From the NCBI GenBank assembly GCA_035221665.1, contig CM069164.1, positions 14,570,001-14,634,000 of the forward strand: a stretch of 64,000 nucleotides of DNA, given 5' to 3'. Source of the stretch: Okamejei kenojei (Eukaryota). The notes under the pieces were generated by a model that saw only the letters and a list, made by a program, of their open reading frames with translations, was not told the origin of the DNA and did no database searches. Positions within the stretch are counted from its first letter, which is position 1. Each line of letters starts with the position of its first letter. The translations under genes were made by a program, and so were the position numbers. Below, one piece after another: positions 1 through 12,435 of the stretch.

Positions 1-1755
1 AAGATTTGGTGTACATATCAATTGAAAACAAGCTAATCTCTCAACCTTTGCACAAAATAGAGAAATAGTTTGTTAAAACGCCTGCTGCAATTTGACAACA
101 TGTTGCATCCGGAATTATCCTTTCTGTTGTAATTTAGAAATAATTATGAGTGAATTACAACATGTCCATATGTGTTTGAATGTTATATATCTTCCCTCCC
201 ATCCTGTCTGTTTTCGTCTGCGACCCTCACTTGTAAATAGTTGGTGCAAACCTGTAAAAGTTTTTTATTAACCTTGTGTCTGACTTCCACTTGAGTTTAC
301 TCTTGACCTTTCAGCTTCCCACCAGGAAGCCAAAAACTTGACCTCTCTCTTGTCCCCAGCTCTCTGCCCAAGAGCTGCCTTGCATTGTAAATAATCTAGC
401 GGTCCTCATGTTGACTTCCTGGGCAGCTGCATCCTTCTGACCTCTTAACATCACACCCCAACCCTCACTCTCACAAATGTGACAACGGAGCCTATTGTCC
501 CAAAGTGAGACCGAACAAGGGCAGAAGCTTCAACTGTGTTGAAATCACATTTTCAGAATATGCTCTCTGGGACTTAAGCCCTTGAGAACCAAACTTTACT
601 TAATCACAGCATCTTAAAGTAAATGACCTGAAATTCCATAGGTGTGACAGAATATCATATTCAAGGAAAAACTTACTAATACAAATTTAGAATGCTTCCT
701 CACAGATTTATGGAATGTCACTAGCCTGGAGAAACTTAGCTACATATGGAATCCACGTAATTCAGTGACCTTGCTCTCTAGTCTAATCTGTGTATGAAAC
801 TATTTAAAATTTGTCTGAACTGATTTTTACTAGGACATTCATCATTGAAAGGAAGTGCTTATGTCGATAAATCCTCATTATATAAAGCAAAGTTTTCATT
901 GTGCCACACATGATCAATCAACTAACAGATAAATTGCAGATGTAGTCTTATTATTGATGATACTTTCTAACGGTTAAACATTTTTCCTATTAAAGCCCAC
1001 ATGGAAAATTCATGAAATTAAATTTAGAGACTCATGAACTTTTATATGAGACCCTTTATCATAACTAACTTTTTCTGAGAGCTATAAAAATGATATTAAA
1101 GAATTAAACTGAGGCGATCATCAACTTGACAATAATATTTTATGTTTTTAAATTTCATTGTCTACAGAGGTGATGGGATTTGAATTTATCTGATTTATCT
1201 AGTCTGGATTTCTACTGAATCACCACAAAATGTATTCCTGAGGTGAGACAGGAAGATGGGATTCAGTGACTCCAGTCATAGAGTGACACAGGACGGAAGC
1301 AGGCCCTTCTGCACAACTTTATATTACGATCAAGGTGCCTTTCTGAGCCATTTGCCTGCCTTTGGCCCGCATCCCCACCAAACCTTTCCTATACATTAAC
1401 CTGTCTAAGTGTCTTTTAAACATTGCAATTGTATCTGCCTCTACTACTTCCCCTTCCTTGCACCCCATACCTCAGGGTGAAAACTTTGCCCCTGAGCTCA
1501 ATTCTCTCCCCTCTCACCTTAATCCTATGTCCTCTACTTATTACACTACCCTACCCTGGAAAAACAACAGATCATTCATCTTATTTGCGCTCTTCATGAT
1601 TTTATAAACCTGTATAAGGTCGCCCCTCAGCCTCCATCGCTGTATAGATCTGGATTAAGCTGGGGGCAGGAAAATCTATGACTTGAGAGGTAATGGTTTT
1701 AGCCTTCAGCTATTCCAGTGCTGCGGTGAGGAATTACTCTCCCTCTCATTCACAG

Positions 1756-1956
1756 GAAACTGACGTTCTTCAGTGTCTTTGTGTTTGGATTGTGATGTCC
1801 TCTGATAATGTGACCATCTCTGAAGTTACAAAACACCTCGATGATTCGGTGGAGTACCACGAGTGGAATCTCCATGATCTGTCGCTGATGTGGAAGGTGC
1901 TGTTGGGAAGAAGGAAAAGTAAACAACTTGTCCGAGGATTTCAACTTTTTCAGAAG
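1756..1956 (+). CDS. SPG11: Spatacsin exon (equivalent to human exon 26), 201 bp
   Basis: cacag|GAAACT...CAGAAG|gtagtg. Encodes ETDVLQCLCVWIVMSSDNVT...HEWNLHDLSLMWKVLLGRRKSKQLVRGFQLFQK, matching remembered spatacsin CLCVWIITS...RGFQLFFK. Confidence 0.93.
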
Positions 1957-2904
1957 GTAGTGGGTGATGCATATATTTTATTGGAAATAAAAATGTAAAA
2001 TGTTGGAAATACTCAGTAGTTTAGACAGTGTCTGTGGAGAAAGAAATGGGCTGAATATTTGAAGGTGATTACCTTTCATCATAATAGGTCGATGACATTT
2101 GTTATAGCAAAATGCCATTGATCTAGAACATTAGCTCTGCTTCTCCATAGATGCTATTAGGTGTTTCCAGCATTTTCTGGTTTATTTTTGATCTACATGA
2201 TTTTACATGGTTTTCAATGTAAATTCATCTGGAATATCTTAGCCAGGATATATGAAAAGTTTATCAAAGCAAAGAAAGACAGCCTAGTGGGTCTCCATGC
2301 TGCTTCAGAGACTTTGCCAACCACCTGAATGATCATTTATTTAGTTCTGTTGGGATAGCTGACTTTACTGAGCAAAGTGGATCATTTGAAATTACAAAAG
2401 AAAATATTGCAGACTGCTGGAAATTGGAAATAAAGGTCTATTGATAATATGTAATAAAAAGGAGCATGATGAAGATGCGACAGAAAATCTGTCACATCCG
2501 ATTGCAGAAACTACACATTGCTGAAACAATATCTCTGAATCAGAAACTCTGAGTTCTGTTGTGCTAAGAGATGTTGAAATTCCCAAGACAGTATTTGCAG
2601 ACGAGAACACTTTGACCAACTTTCCTCCCTTGGTCAATATCGTCAAAATGATGGATAATTTGTTCATTTATCTTGTTGCTTACTTTGTGAGTTTGCAGAC
2701 TGTCTACAATGTTATGCATAAACCAGTTGCCCTATAACATTTTCACTGCTAGTATTGTACATCAGTTTTGTAGACAAAAATATATTGCTTGAACTAACTG
2801 AACTGAACAAGTAGCTGAACTTGACACCCAATGCTATAAATTTCAGACATTAATAAAAGAGTGTCTTTTATCCCTAGTACTTTAACGTGATTTTTTTTTT
2901 GAAG

Positions 2905-3012
2905 GACTGTCCCTGGGTCTGCATGCTGGAGATGTATAAACTTTGCACAGAACACAAAAATTACCAAGAAGCAACATTGAAAATTCAGGAATTCCAAAAA
3001 TGTCTTCTGTCT
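2905..3012 (+). CDS. SPG11: Spatacsin exon (~exon 27), 108 bp
   Basis: Poly-T then gaag|GACTGT...CTGTCT|gtgagt. Encodes DCPWVCMLEMYKLCTEHKNYQEATLKIQEFQKCLLS; phase 0/0. Not shown in this frame in the ORF track. Confidence 0.92.
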
Positions 3013-3087
3013 GTGAGTCTACAATCTATCATTCTGTGACAGTTAACCTGCCTTGTCTTAAAGCAGAACAGAACATAAGCTCCAATA

Positions 3088-3397
3088 AAGGCCCTGTCCC
3101 ACTTTCCCGAGTTACTCACGAACTCTCCCGAGTTTTCCCCTTGATTTGAACTCGGGGAATGTCGGTAGTGAATCCATGGGAGTCCGTAGATGTTTCGCAG
3201 CAGCTCGTAATGCCAGCCGTAGGAACCCGGGTATCAGGTAAGTTGGGACGTTTTTTCAACATGTTGAAAAATGTCCACGAGTTTAAAAAAATAGCCCGAG
3301 TACCTATGAACGGCTATTACTGTAATTCTCCGAGTTTGAATCAAGGGGAAAACTCGGGAGAGTTCGTGAGTAACTCGGGAAAGTGGGACAGGGACTT
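3088..3397. mobile_element. MITE with ~70-bp terminal inverted repeats, TA-flanked
   Basis: TA|AAGGCCCTGTCCCACTTTCCCGAG...CTCGGGAAAGTGGGACAGGGACTT|TA; no coding capacity. Confidence 0.88.
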
Positions 3398-5024
3398 TAG
3401 TCAGAGATGCACACTTTGTGTTTTCCCATGTGTAATATAAGTATGACTGTATGGCAAATCAAATTACTCGTATGTTGCAAAACATACTTGGTTGATAAAG
3501 TTAGTTTGAGTATGTGGGACTTGGGTGCTGTGCCCATCTACACTCAAGTCCTACACACAAGAAAACACAAAATGTGCATCTCTGACATATCTAGAAATTT
3601 GGGAATAAAACCACAAACCATTAAACATCTGTCCAATGGGTTTTTTTTTTACTATCTCATGATCTTATCTCTTAAACTTGTAAAGAGCAATTCATAACTT
3701 TATATGAATTTGAATCGTGCTCTGGCAAACTACAGCTTTAAAATTGCTTAGCAGTGCAAATAACTTCCGTTTACATGCATACACGTGCAAAACTACTTGT
3801 GTGAGGATTATATTTTATTTGCGTGCCTGCCATTCAACCTTGCTGTTTATCAATAATTCAACCAGGTCAAAGGCAAAAAAAAAACTCTTGCCCAGATGTA
3901 AGATTAGTGGATGCAGTTGTTGCAATTTGGCTAAATAAGATTTAATCAGTAAAATCTCCTAAGCATGTCTTAATCATGGAAAATCTCCAAGAAATAGAAT
4001 TAAGGGCACTGAGGCTTATTAAAATCAACGGAGCGATTAATATATCACAAATCAATAGATGTTCCATCTCGATAGGGAGTTGAACTAATTGAAGAACTCT
4101 TTCAAAGAGGAAGTACAAAATGTGCCGAATAGTATCCTGTAGGATGTTTCATTAAAAAGTGAATGTTCGTTGAGAGTTGCTGCCGGTCTTTCCCACAAGA
4201 TATGATACAGCAACATTGGGTTGTATTCTTTGTGCATTTCTTGATTTCACCATATGCTGATCTTGTTCTGACGTGCCCAGGCCCTAATAACTCAAAGGTC
4301 AATATTTAAAAATTCCCCTTTCAGCAAGGTATCATGTCCTGTAGGAATGGGGGAGCTGTTTGATTTTAGTGGGTGGAAACAATGCAAAATCAGGCAAGGT
4401 TATCTTTTTACTCCTTCAGTGGAAGCAGGTCAGAGCCTCACCAGATGTAACTAGTATATCATTAAGGTCCATCGCAAGTGTTTTGCTTCGGTAAGTAGAG
4501 TATATTAAAATATGGGGTATTTCTACAAGTAAAAATATTTTGGGGTGAGGTCTTTTATTATAACCTATTTAAGGTAATTTTGTCCCGCTTAATTTATCAT
4601 CTTCATTTCACCAGTCTATAATTTTCTTTTATTAAAAAAAATAATCTAATAACTTTACTCTTCTCTGCCCCTATCCTTTACCACCATCTTCGTAATACTC
4701 CTGTGCAAAGAATGACTAACAGCATTTACTTGAAACTTAAGGTGGAATTATGATGATAGCTAAAAGCTGCAAAAAGCCATTTACAGGAAACCTGGTGTCA
4801 GAGTTTATTGGACTTTGTGTCTTTATTGTGGCCCAATGACCCAATTTCTTATTGATTGTATTTGACTCAAAAGAGTATATCATAGTACTATAACTGAATG
4901 GTCTTATATGACCAAAATAAATGATTTTCTAGGAGTCCATATTAAATGGAAAGATGTTTATTGACCTTGCTATTTGATCATTTGATGTCAATGAGAATGT
5001 ATAGCATACACCCATATGTGTTTA

Positions 5025-5318
5025 GGCACAGTAGCTCAGCAGTAGGGTTCCTGCTTTACAGCGCTAGAGACCCGGGTTCGATCCTGAGTACAGATGCTGT
5101 CTGTACACAGTTTGTACGGTCTCCCTGTGATTACATGGGTTTTCTCTCGGTGCTCCAGTTTCATCCCACATTCCAAAAGCGTGCAGGTTTGTGGGTTAAT
5201 TGGCTTCTGTAAATTCTCCCTGGAGTGTAGGATAGAACTAGTGTACGGGTGATTGTTGGTCAGTGCGGACTCAGTGGACTGAAGGGCCCGTTTCCACGCT
5301 GTATCTCTGAACTAAAGT
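5025..5318 (+). mobile_element. HE1/V-SINE-like tRNA-derived SINE
   Basis: A/B box-like head (GGCACAGTAGCTCAGC...GGTTCGATCC), V-domain-like gggttttctc..gtgctccagtttc..cccaca, and CR1-type 3' tail. Confidence 0.85.
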
Positions 5319-5419
5319 AAATCCATAATCCTATCTTCAAAGGAGCAATTTGCACCTGTGGTTGAATAGGCTGTGAAATCTCTAAAGATTAAATAACCTT
5401 TTAAAAAAAACATTCATAG

Positions 5420-5700
5420 ACTGTTGGCAGTGTTATCAAGGCCAACATTTGGTGTTGTTCACCAATTGTCCTTGAGACATCGATGAGTGAATCGATTGCT
5501 GGGCCATCTCAGCGGGTAGTTACGAATGACCTATATTGGTGTGGCATTGAGGTGAGGATCAGACGTTGAGGGCAGAGCGATTTCCTATCCCAAAGAACAT
5601 TAGTGAAGCAGATGGGTATTGGCAACAATGCAGTGGTTGCATGGTCACCTTTAACCAATACCAGTTTTTATTTAATTAACTGTACTTGATTTCCTTGTCT
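5420..5700 (-). repeat. Old interspersed SINE-like repeat (copies at ~55930-56230 in the same orientation and ~43930-44110 in the opposite orientation)
   Basis: Shared aaagaacat(t/g)agt.aa.cag and gcagttaagagtcaacc-type blocks between the copies. Confidence 0.45.
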
Positions 5701-6805
5701 GCTTGGTGGTGATTATTAGTCTCCCAATCGAATAATTATGATCATTTATTATTTTCCACTTCTGAAAACAATGCGTAAAGGTTAGTTTTACTCATGCAGC
5801 CTCATTAAATTAAGGCACAAACAACCGCAGATGCTGGAAGGGGAGGAATCTCAACCCGAAATGTCGAATGTCCATTTTTCTCAACAGATGCTGCCTGATC
5901 TGCTGATTTCCACCTGCAGACTTTTAGTTCCAAGTTCATTAAATGGGGGTCTTTGTAACTTCAATGTTTTGGAGTCAACATTTTAAAACTGTAATGATGT
6001 TTGACAGTCAGATTAAGTTAGAGGCAAAAATCAATTTTCCTGGGGATTGTAATTACTGAAATAATGGAATCTGTCTAGCAATTTAGAGCTTTTCCAATAA
6101 CTTGCAATGTAATAAACTCAGTGTTACTATAATTGTTTTCGAATGATGTTAAGTCTCCCTCTGCCCTTTTTTACTCATTGGACCCTGTCACTTGGACGGA
6201 AAGTTAGAGTAATTTACAGGGATTCAGGATGTTTTCAGATAGTTTCCCTTTGTCAATCGTAGACTTACAACAAAGAAACACATTCTTCGGCCCAACTCGT
6301 CCATGCCAACCAAGATGGCCCATCTAAGATGGTCCCATTTACCAATATTTTGCCTCTCCCACTAATATGTTCCATTTCCTATCCATGCACCTGCCGAAAT
6401 ATCTTTTAAATGTTGTTATTATACCTGTCGCAACTACTTCTGGCAACTCGTTCTATATACCCCCTATATGTGTGAAAAAGTTGCAATAAGGTATCTATTA
6501 AATAAATCTTCCTCCTCTCACCTTAAACCTATGCCCTCTAATTCATGATTCCCTTTACCCAAGAAAGCTACGGCACGAAACGTCACCCATTTCTTCTCTC
6601 CAGAGATGCTGCCTGTATTGTGCGTGGGAGCTTGGGTGCGTACCGCAAACACTGAGATGGTAATAAATAAACCGTCTGCCCCCGCGGCCGGGGTGAATCA
6701 CCCTGGTGTGGGTGTCAAAGTCGGGGGGGAATCAACCTGGTGTGGACGTTAGGGTCCGATGGCTGTGCATGGCGGTCAGTGACTGTGGGACGCTCCCGTG
6801 GGTGG

Positions 6806-7169
6806 AGACGGAGGAGAGAGAGAAGGGGAGAGGGAGAAGGGAGAGAGAGTGGGGGGGGGGGAAGAGAGATGGGGGGGAGAGAGAGAAGAGGGGAGAGAGA
6901 GAGAAGAGGCTACAGAGAGAAGGGAGAGAGGGGGGGGGAGACGGGAGCGTGGGGTTCATTTTCCCACACAAGCCATAGGTGACTGGGCAATCTGAACCCA
7001 AGCACCAAGTTAAAAGCGGCCGAAGGTGTGCATTGCTCGGGACAGCTCCCACCCTCCCACGGCCACCCTCTGTGGGCTGCGGGTCGGGTGGAGCGGAGGT
7101 TGGGGGCAATGTTCATGCCTTCACAGTGATGTGATGGACGCGGGGGTCTGGACCAATCGCTGACAAGTC

Positions 7170-7203
<34 letters not shown>
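6806..7203. repeat. Polypurine (GA/G-run) tract 6806-6940 and C31 homopolymer 7173-7203
   Basis: Directly visible; accounts for the overlapping spurious ORFs here. Confidence 0.9.
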
Positions 7204-7205
<2 letters not shown>

Positions 7206-7257
7206 CAACGCCAAGTCCGTTATTGGACTTTTCTGTTGAGCGGCTGTTGGTCCGTTG

Positions 7258-7495
7258 GCCTGTAGGCGCCGCCGCCTTTCGGGTAGGTGGCGTATCGACT
7301 GAGCGGCCATTCGGTAAGTTTGCTTTTAGGCGACACAGCCTTTCGGTTCGTAGGCGTTTAGGCGTTCCATCCTTTCGATTAATAGGCATTTCGTATTCGG
7401 ACTATTTCGGTTCATTCGCGTTTCAGCCTCGTTTCTATTCGGTGCTTTGGCTTCTTTGCTTCGGCCTCTTGTCCGTTGGCACCGTGTCCGGTACC
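7258..7495. repeat. Degenerate 16-bp-period array in a CpG-rich block
   Basis: Eight consecutive 16-mers at 7258-7385 start with a GCnTTT(C/A)GG-like motif; spacing loosens to 15-16 bp up to GTGTCCGGTACC. Confidence 0.75.
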
Positions 7496-7589
7496 AGTGA
7501 ATAGATTATTGAGGGCTGTTACTGCGATAGGAGCAATGAAGGGGATTCATTAAAGCTGTGAAAGGCAGGTCAGAAATCTGAAAACTGCA

Positions 7590-8320
7590 GAAGAATGGTG
7601 GAAATGCCCAGTAGCTCAGGCAGGGCCAGAGGAGAGGGAGAAATCAAGTTAAGATTATAAATGGGTAATCTTGCAGCAAAGCAGACGAGTGTTAAATTTA
7701 GCATTGAGTCGCAAAGGTTTCAGCTTGCCGAGGCAGAAGTTGAAGTGCTGATTCTCAGACTTGCATTGGGATTTGTGGTAACAGTGTAGCACATGGAAGA
7801 TAGGTCAGGGTAGAGAATTAAAATGACAGGCAACTGGAAGTTCAGGGCCACTCTTATGGGCTGAATGCAGTCACTCTGCATAATGGTGATCTAATCTGCA
7901 TTTGGGTACATCAGTGGAGATGAGATCACACAATCAGTGCAAGTTTGAAGAAAGGCAAATTCTTCTGCACCTGAAACTTCCCAGATTGGGTCACCGAATG
8001 GTGGATCAAGACAACGTCAAGAGACAGATGCTGCATCTCCTCTGATTGCATTGGGCCGAGCTATGAGGTGGAATGGTAGATATAGAAGAGCAGACCAGGC
8101 AGTTGTGAAGGGCATAGTCCTTCAGTGCTGAATGGGAAAATAAGTGGGAAAGTGGCGTGGTGGTGAATCCCATTGAAGGTGGCAGAAATTGTGAAGGATG
8201 ATCTGTTGAACATGGAGCCTGGTGAGGTGGAAGATGAGGTTGAGAAGAATCCTATCTCTGATCAGGCAGGAAGAGATGCATTGTGAGAAGAGATGCAGGA
8301 AATAGATGGGGTACATTGCC
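7590..8320 (-). mobile_element. Old degenerate Penelope-like fragment
   Basis: ORF 8122..8316 (DRILLNLIFHLTRLHVQQIILHNFCHLQWD) resembles the PLE RT-endonuclease linker. Boundaries approximate. Confidence 0.6.
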
Positions 8321-9279
8321 CATGGGCCTGTCAGCTGAGAGAGGCCATTGTCACTAATGGGTATCTGTGGTTCTCAGAAAGAAATTTAATGGTGGGGGGA
8401 TTGCAGGAAGAATTGGCGTCAAGCTATAACAATTGAACTTTATGTTTAAATATCAATGCAGCCTCATTGAATTTGGCAGCATTAACTGAAGAATAGCAAC
8501 TGAATGGAAAAACTCTCTCTTTCTTTCCCCATCCCCTTTCTCATATCAAATTACATGACAAGGAAGCAATTGTTCACTCTGAGCACTTCATAAATTGTTC
8601 TAAATATGTTTTCCATGTCTTAAAGGCTCCTAAGAGATCCATGAGATATCAACTTTCCTGTTGTTCACTTGCTGGCCCATTCTGGGTCTGATCTGGTGTT
8701 TCAAAGAGTGTAGGATAACCATTTAAGTTAGGAAATGTATTAGACTCAGCCGTTTCAACAAGAGGGCCACGTTTGTAAATTTGATCCAGCAGAAATTCTA
8801 TTAATGCACGTACATTCGAAGCATTTGTAATTTTCTTAGTTTGCAATATTCAATACGGGGTCCTTCATAGGTTCACAAGTCATAGGAGCAGAGTTAGGCC
8901 ATTCAGCCCATCAAATCCACTCCACCAATCAATCACGGCTGATCTATTGGTTCCCTTTCAACCCCATTCTCCTGCCTTCTCCCCATATCCCGTGACACCC
9001 TTGAGCACATTAACATGAGTTCTTTGTATGATTGAGTATTGCCTAACAATACAAAGGATTGCAGGGTGATAGTCAATGTTGGTGTTTTGTTTGAATGGTG
9101 CGTAACTCGAACATCATCCCTGTCAAAGCTGCAGTACATTTAAAAAGGTGCAAAGATTCCTCGATGTCAAAAAGTCACCCTCAGAATTTCCCAACGACAT
9201 GGCCCCAATATAAACATAATTTAACTCTATACAATTCAGTGCAGACAAGTAGTTTGAGGTATATTTTTAAGTGCTGCAT

Positions 9280-11115
9280 CAATAGACAATAGGTGCAGGA
9301 GTAGGCCATTTGGCCCTTTGAGACAGAACCGCCATTCAATGTGATCATGGCTGATCATCCCCAATCAGTACACCGTTCCTGCCTTCTCCCCATATCCCCT
9401 GACTCCACTATTTATAAGAGCACTATCTAGCTCTCTCCTGAAAGCATCCAGAGAATCTGCCTCCACCGCTCTCTGAGGCAGAGAATTCCACAGTCTCACC
9501 ACTCTCTGTGAGAAAAAGTGTTTCCTCGTCTCCATTCTAAATGGCTTACTCCTTATTCTTAAACTGTGGCCCCTGGTTCTGGACTCCCCCAACATCGGGA
9601 ACATGTTTCCTGCCTCTAGCGTGTCCAAGCCCTTAACAATCTTATATGTTTCAATGAGATTCCCTCTCATCCTTCTAAACTCCAGAGTGTACAAGCCCAG
9701 CTGCTCCATTCTCTCAGCATATGACAGTCCCGCCATCCCGGGAATTAACCTTGTAAACCTACTCTGCACTCCCTCAATAACAAGAATGTCCTTCCTCAAA
9801 TTAGGGGACCAAAACTGCACACAATACTCCAGGTGTGGTCTCACTAGGGCTCTGTACAACTGCAGAAGGACCTCTTTTCTCCTATATTTGATTCTTGTTA
9901 TAAAGTCCAACATCTGTGTTGGGTCCACTGTTGTTTGTCATGTACATCAATGATCTGGATGATGGGGTGGAAAATTGGATAAGTAAGTATGCAGATGATA
10001 CTAAGATAGGTGGCAATTGTGGATAATGAAGTAGATTTTCAAAGTCTACAGAGAGATTTGGGCCATTTGGAAAAGTGGGCTGAAAGATGGCAGATGGAGT
10101 TTAATGCTGATAAGTGTGATGTGCTACATCTTGGCAGGACAAATCAAAATAGGACGTACATGGTAAATGGTAGGGAATTGAGGAATGCTGTGGAACAGAG
10201 AGATCTAGGAATAACTGTGCATAGTTCCCTGAAGGTGGAATCGCATGTAGATAGGGTGGTAAAGAAAGCCTTTGGTGTGCTGGCCTTTATAAATCAGAGC
10301 ATTGAATATAGGAGTAGGGAAGTAATGTTAAAATTGTACAAGGCATTGGTAAGACCAATTCTGGAGTATGGTGTACAATTTTGGTTGCCTAATTATAGGA
10401 AGGATGTCAACAAAATAGAGAGAGTACAGAGGAGATTTACTAGAATGTTGCCTGGGTTCCAGCAACTATGTTACAGAGAAAGGTTGAACAAGTTAGGTCT
10501 TTATTCTTTGGAGCGCAGAAGGTTAAGAGGGGACTTGATTGAGGTCTTTAAAATGGTGAAAAGGGATAGACAGAGTTGACGTGGATAAGCTTTTCCCATT
10601 GAGGGTAGGGAAGATTCAAACAAGAGGGCATGACATGAGAATTAAGGGACAGAAGTTTAGGAGTAACATGAGGGGGAACTTCTTTACTCAGAGGGTGGTG
10701 GCTGTGAGGAATCAGTTTCCAGCAGAAGTGGTGGAGGCAGGATCGATTTTAACATTTAAAAGTAAAGTGGATAGGTATATGGACGGGAAGGGAATGGAGG
10801 AGTATGGTCTGAGTGCAGGTAGATGGGACTAGGGGAAAACAAATGGTTGGCACGGACTGGAAGGGCCGAGAGGGCCTGTTTCCGTGCTGTAATTGTTATA
10901 CGGTTATATGGTTATATGCCGCTCGCTTTCTTCACTGCCTGCTGTACCTGCATGCTTACTTTCATAGACTGATGTACAAGGACCCTCAGATCCCATTGTA
11001 CTTCCCCTTTTCCCAACTTGACGCCATTTAGATAGTAATCTGCCTTCCTGTTTTTGCTACCAAAGTGGATAACCTCACATTTATCCGCATTAAACTTAAT
11101 CTGCCATGCGTCCAC
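9280..11115 (-). mobile_element. CR1 LINE 3' part, split into 9280-9913 and 10918-11115 by the + strand CR1
   Basis: ORFs 9365..9928 (LYRALVRPHLEYCVQFW) and 10912..11115 (WQIKFNADKCEV) are collinear across the insert. Confidence 0.93.
9915..10917 (+). mobile_element. 5'-truncated CR1 LINE of the same young subfamily as 62711-64000
   Basis: Near-identical on inspection to 63269-64000; ORFs 10010..10579 and 10581..10832; (ATGGTTAT)n-type tail. Confidence 0.95.
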
Positions 11116-11487
11116 ACTACTATTTGTTTTTATCTGTCGGTGTGAGGGATTTTTGAAAGATTGTTATATAATGGCACTTAGCCTTTCAAAGAAAGGATAC
11201 TTGCGTAGTTAAACTTGGTTTGTTTTATTTAGCATTTGAAAATTTTTTCACCAAACAGGAAAGCTCTGCCAAATTTCATGTGTAGTAAATCATTTATTCC
11301 ATGCCAAGTAGTGGGTGAGTAGATTATCAGTGATGCAGCAAGATCCACATTACATTTAACTGCTCACAGAGCTACAACGTGGCTGTTTCTGCTCAAGCAT
11401 TAGAATATTTGACAAAGGATTCTGAAGCTGGGTTATGGAATACAGTGAAGTTCCCTTTAAGGGGAGCATAGGTTTTCTTTTAAACTG

Positions 11488-11587
11488 AAGATAGACACAA
11501 AATGCTGGAGTAACTCAGCGGGCCAGGCTGCAGCATCTCTGGAGAAAAGGAATAGGTGCCATTTTGGGTTGAGATCCTTCTTCAGAC
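11488..11587 (-). mobile_element. 100-bp Penelope-derived mini-element with degenerate hammerhead and 13-bp TSD
   Basis: TSD TTCTTTTAAACTG at 11475-11487 and 11588-11600; element starts GTCTGAAGAAGG on the minus strand. Confidence 0.85.
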
Positions 11588-12302
11588 TTCTTTTAAACTG
11601 GTGGATTCACTCAAAGGTTAAGGAACAATGTTAAAATATTACCAGATGCATGGCCTGGCTGATTTCCAGATCATCCTCATAATAACCCCAGCTTCATGCC
11701 ATCTGTGATGACACGGTTTTCATTCCGGGCTCCTTTCCAGAATAAACAACAGCAGAAAAATGGTCAGAGAAGCTGGTTTTAATTTTATATCCAGTGAAAC
11801 TCATTACCAGATCAGTTTCCATATCAACACTGGGTTCTCGTTTCAGCACTTAGGGCTCCTCAGTTGGCATGTTGGCATTTGAGATGCACAAGTGTCATGT
11901 CTGCCTCTGAATTCTGCAAATTCCTGGCATTGTTCTAGAACTCTCCAGAAGCTGCCTCACGAGTGAGATCTTGGAGACTAGATAAAGACCATCACTCCTA
12001 TTGGCGTAACCATATCCAACTTCATATCCATTGTAACGTCATCTGCAAAACTATTATCAGCAGACTGGCGTTTGCCATCAATCAGGGAATTGTACACAGT
12101 AAATTCAACATGAACTACGAGAGAAAAAGAGAGGTTGATGTTCAACATTTCACTCATCTATCATTTCACTTCTCAGCCTCCTTTGCTTCAGCAAAAACAG
12201 ATTCAGCCTCACCTTAGATCTCAAGCTCTCCAATCCAGGCAATATCCTTGTGAATCTTTTCTGCATCCCCTTTAGCATAATCATAACTTTGCCATAGTGT
12301 GG

Positions 12303-12435
12303 NNNNNNNNNNNNNNNNNNNNNNNNNNNNNNNNNNNNNNNNNNNNNNNNNNNNNNNNNNNNNNNNNNNNNNNNNNNNNNNNNNNNNNNNNNNNNNNNNN
12401 NNNNNNNNNNNNNNNNNNNNNNNNNNNNNNNNNNN
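12303..12435. other. Assembly gap (133 N)
   Basis: N run inside a CR1 fragment. Confidence 1.

Noticed and set aside
5025-5100. tRNA gene
   Set aside because: A/B boxes run straight into SINE body and LINE tail; it is a SINE head without a full cloverleaf.
7258-7385. Repeat-spacer pattern suggestive of a CRISPR array
   Set aside because: Units are only 16 bp and degenerate, the DNA is vertebrate, and there are no cas genes.
6706-7504. Cluster of overlapping ORFs on both strands
   Set aside because: Products of GA-rich, poly-C and GC-rich low-complexity sequence; no recognisable domain or splice context.
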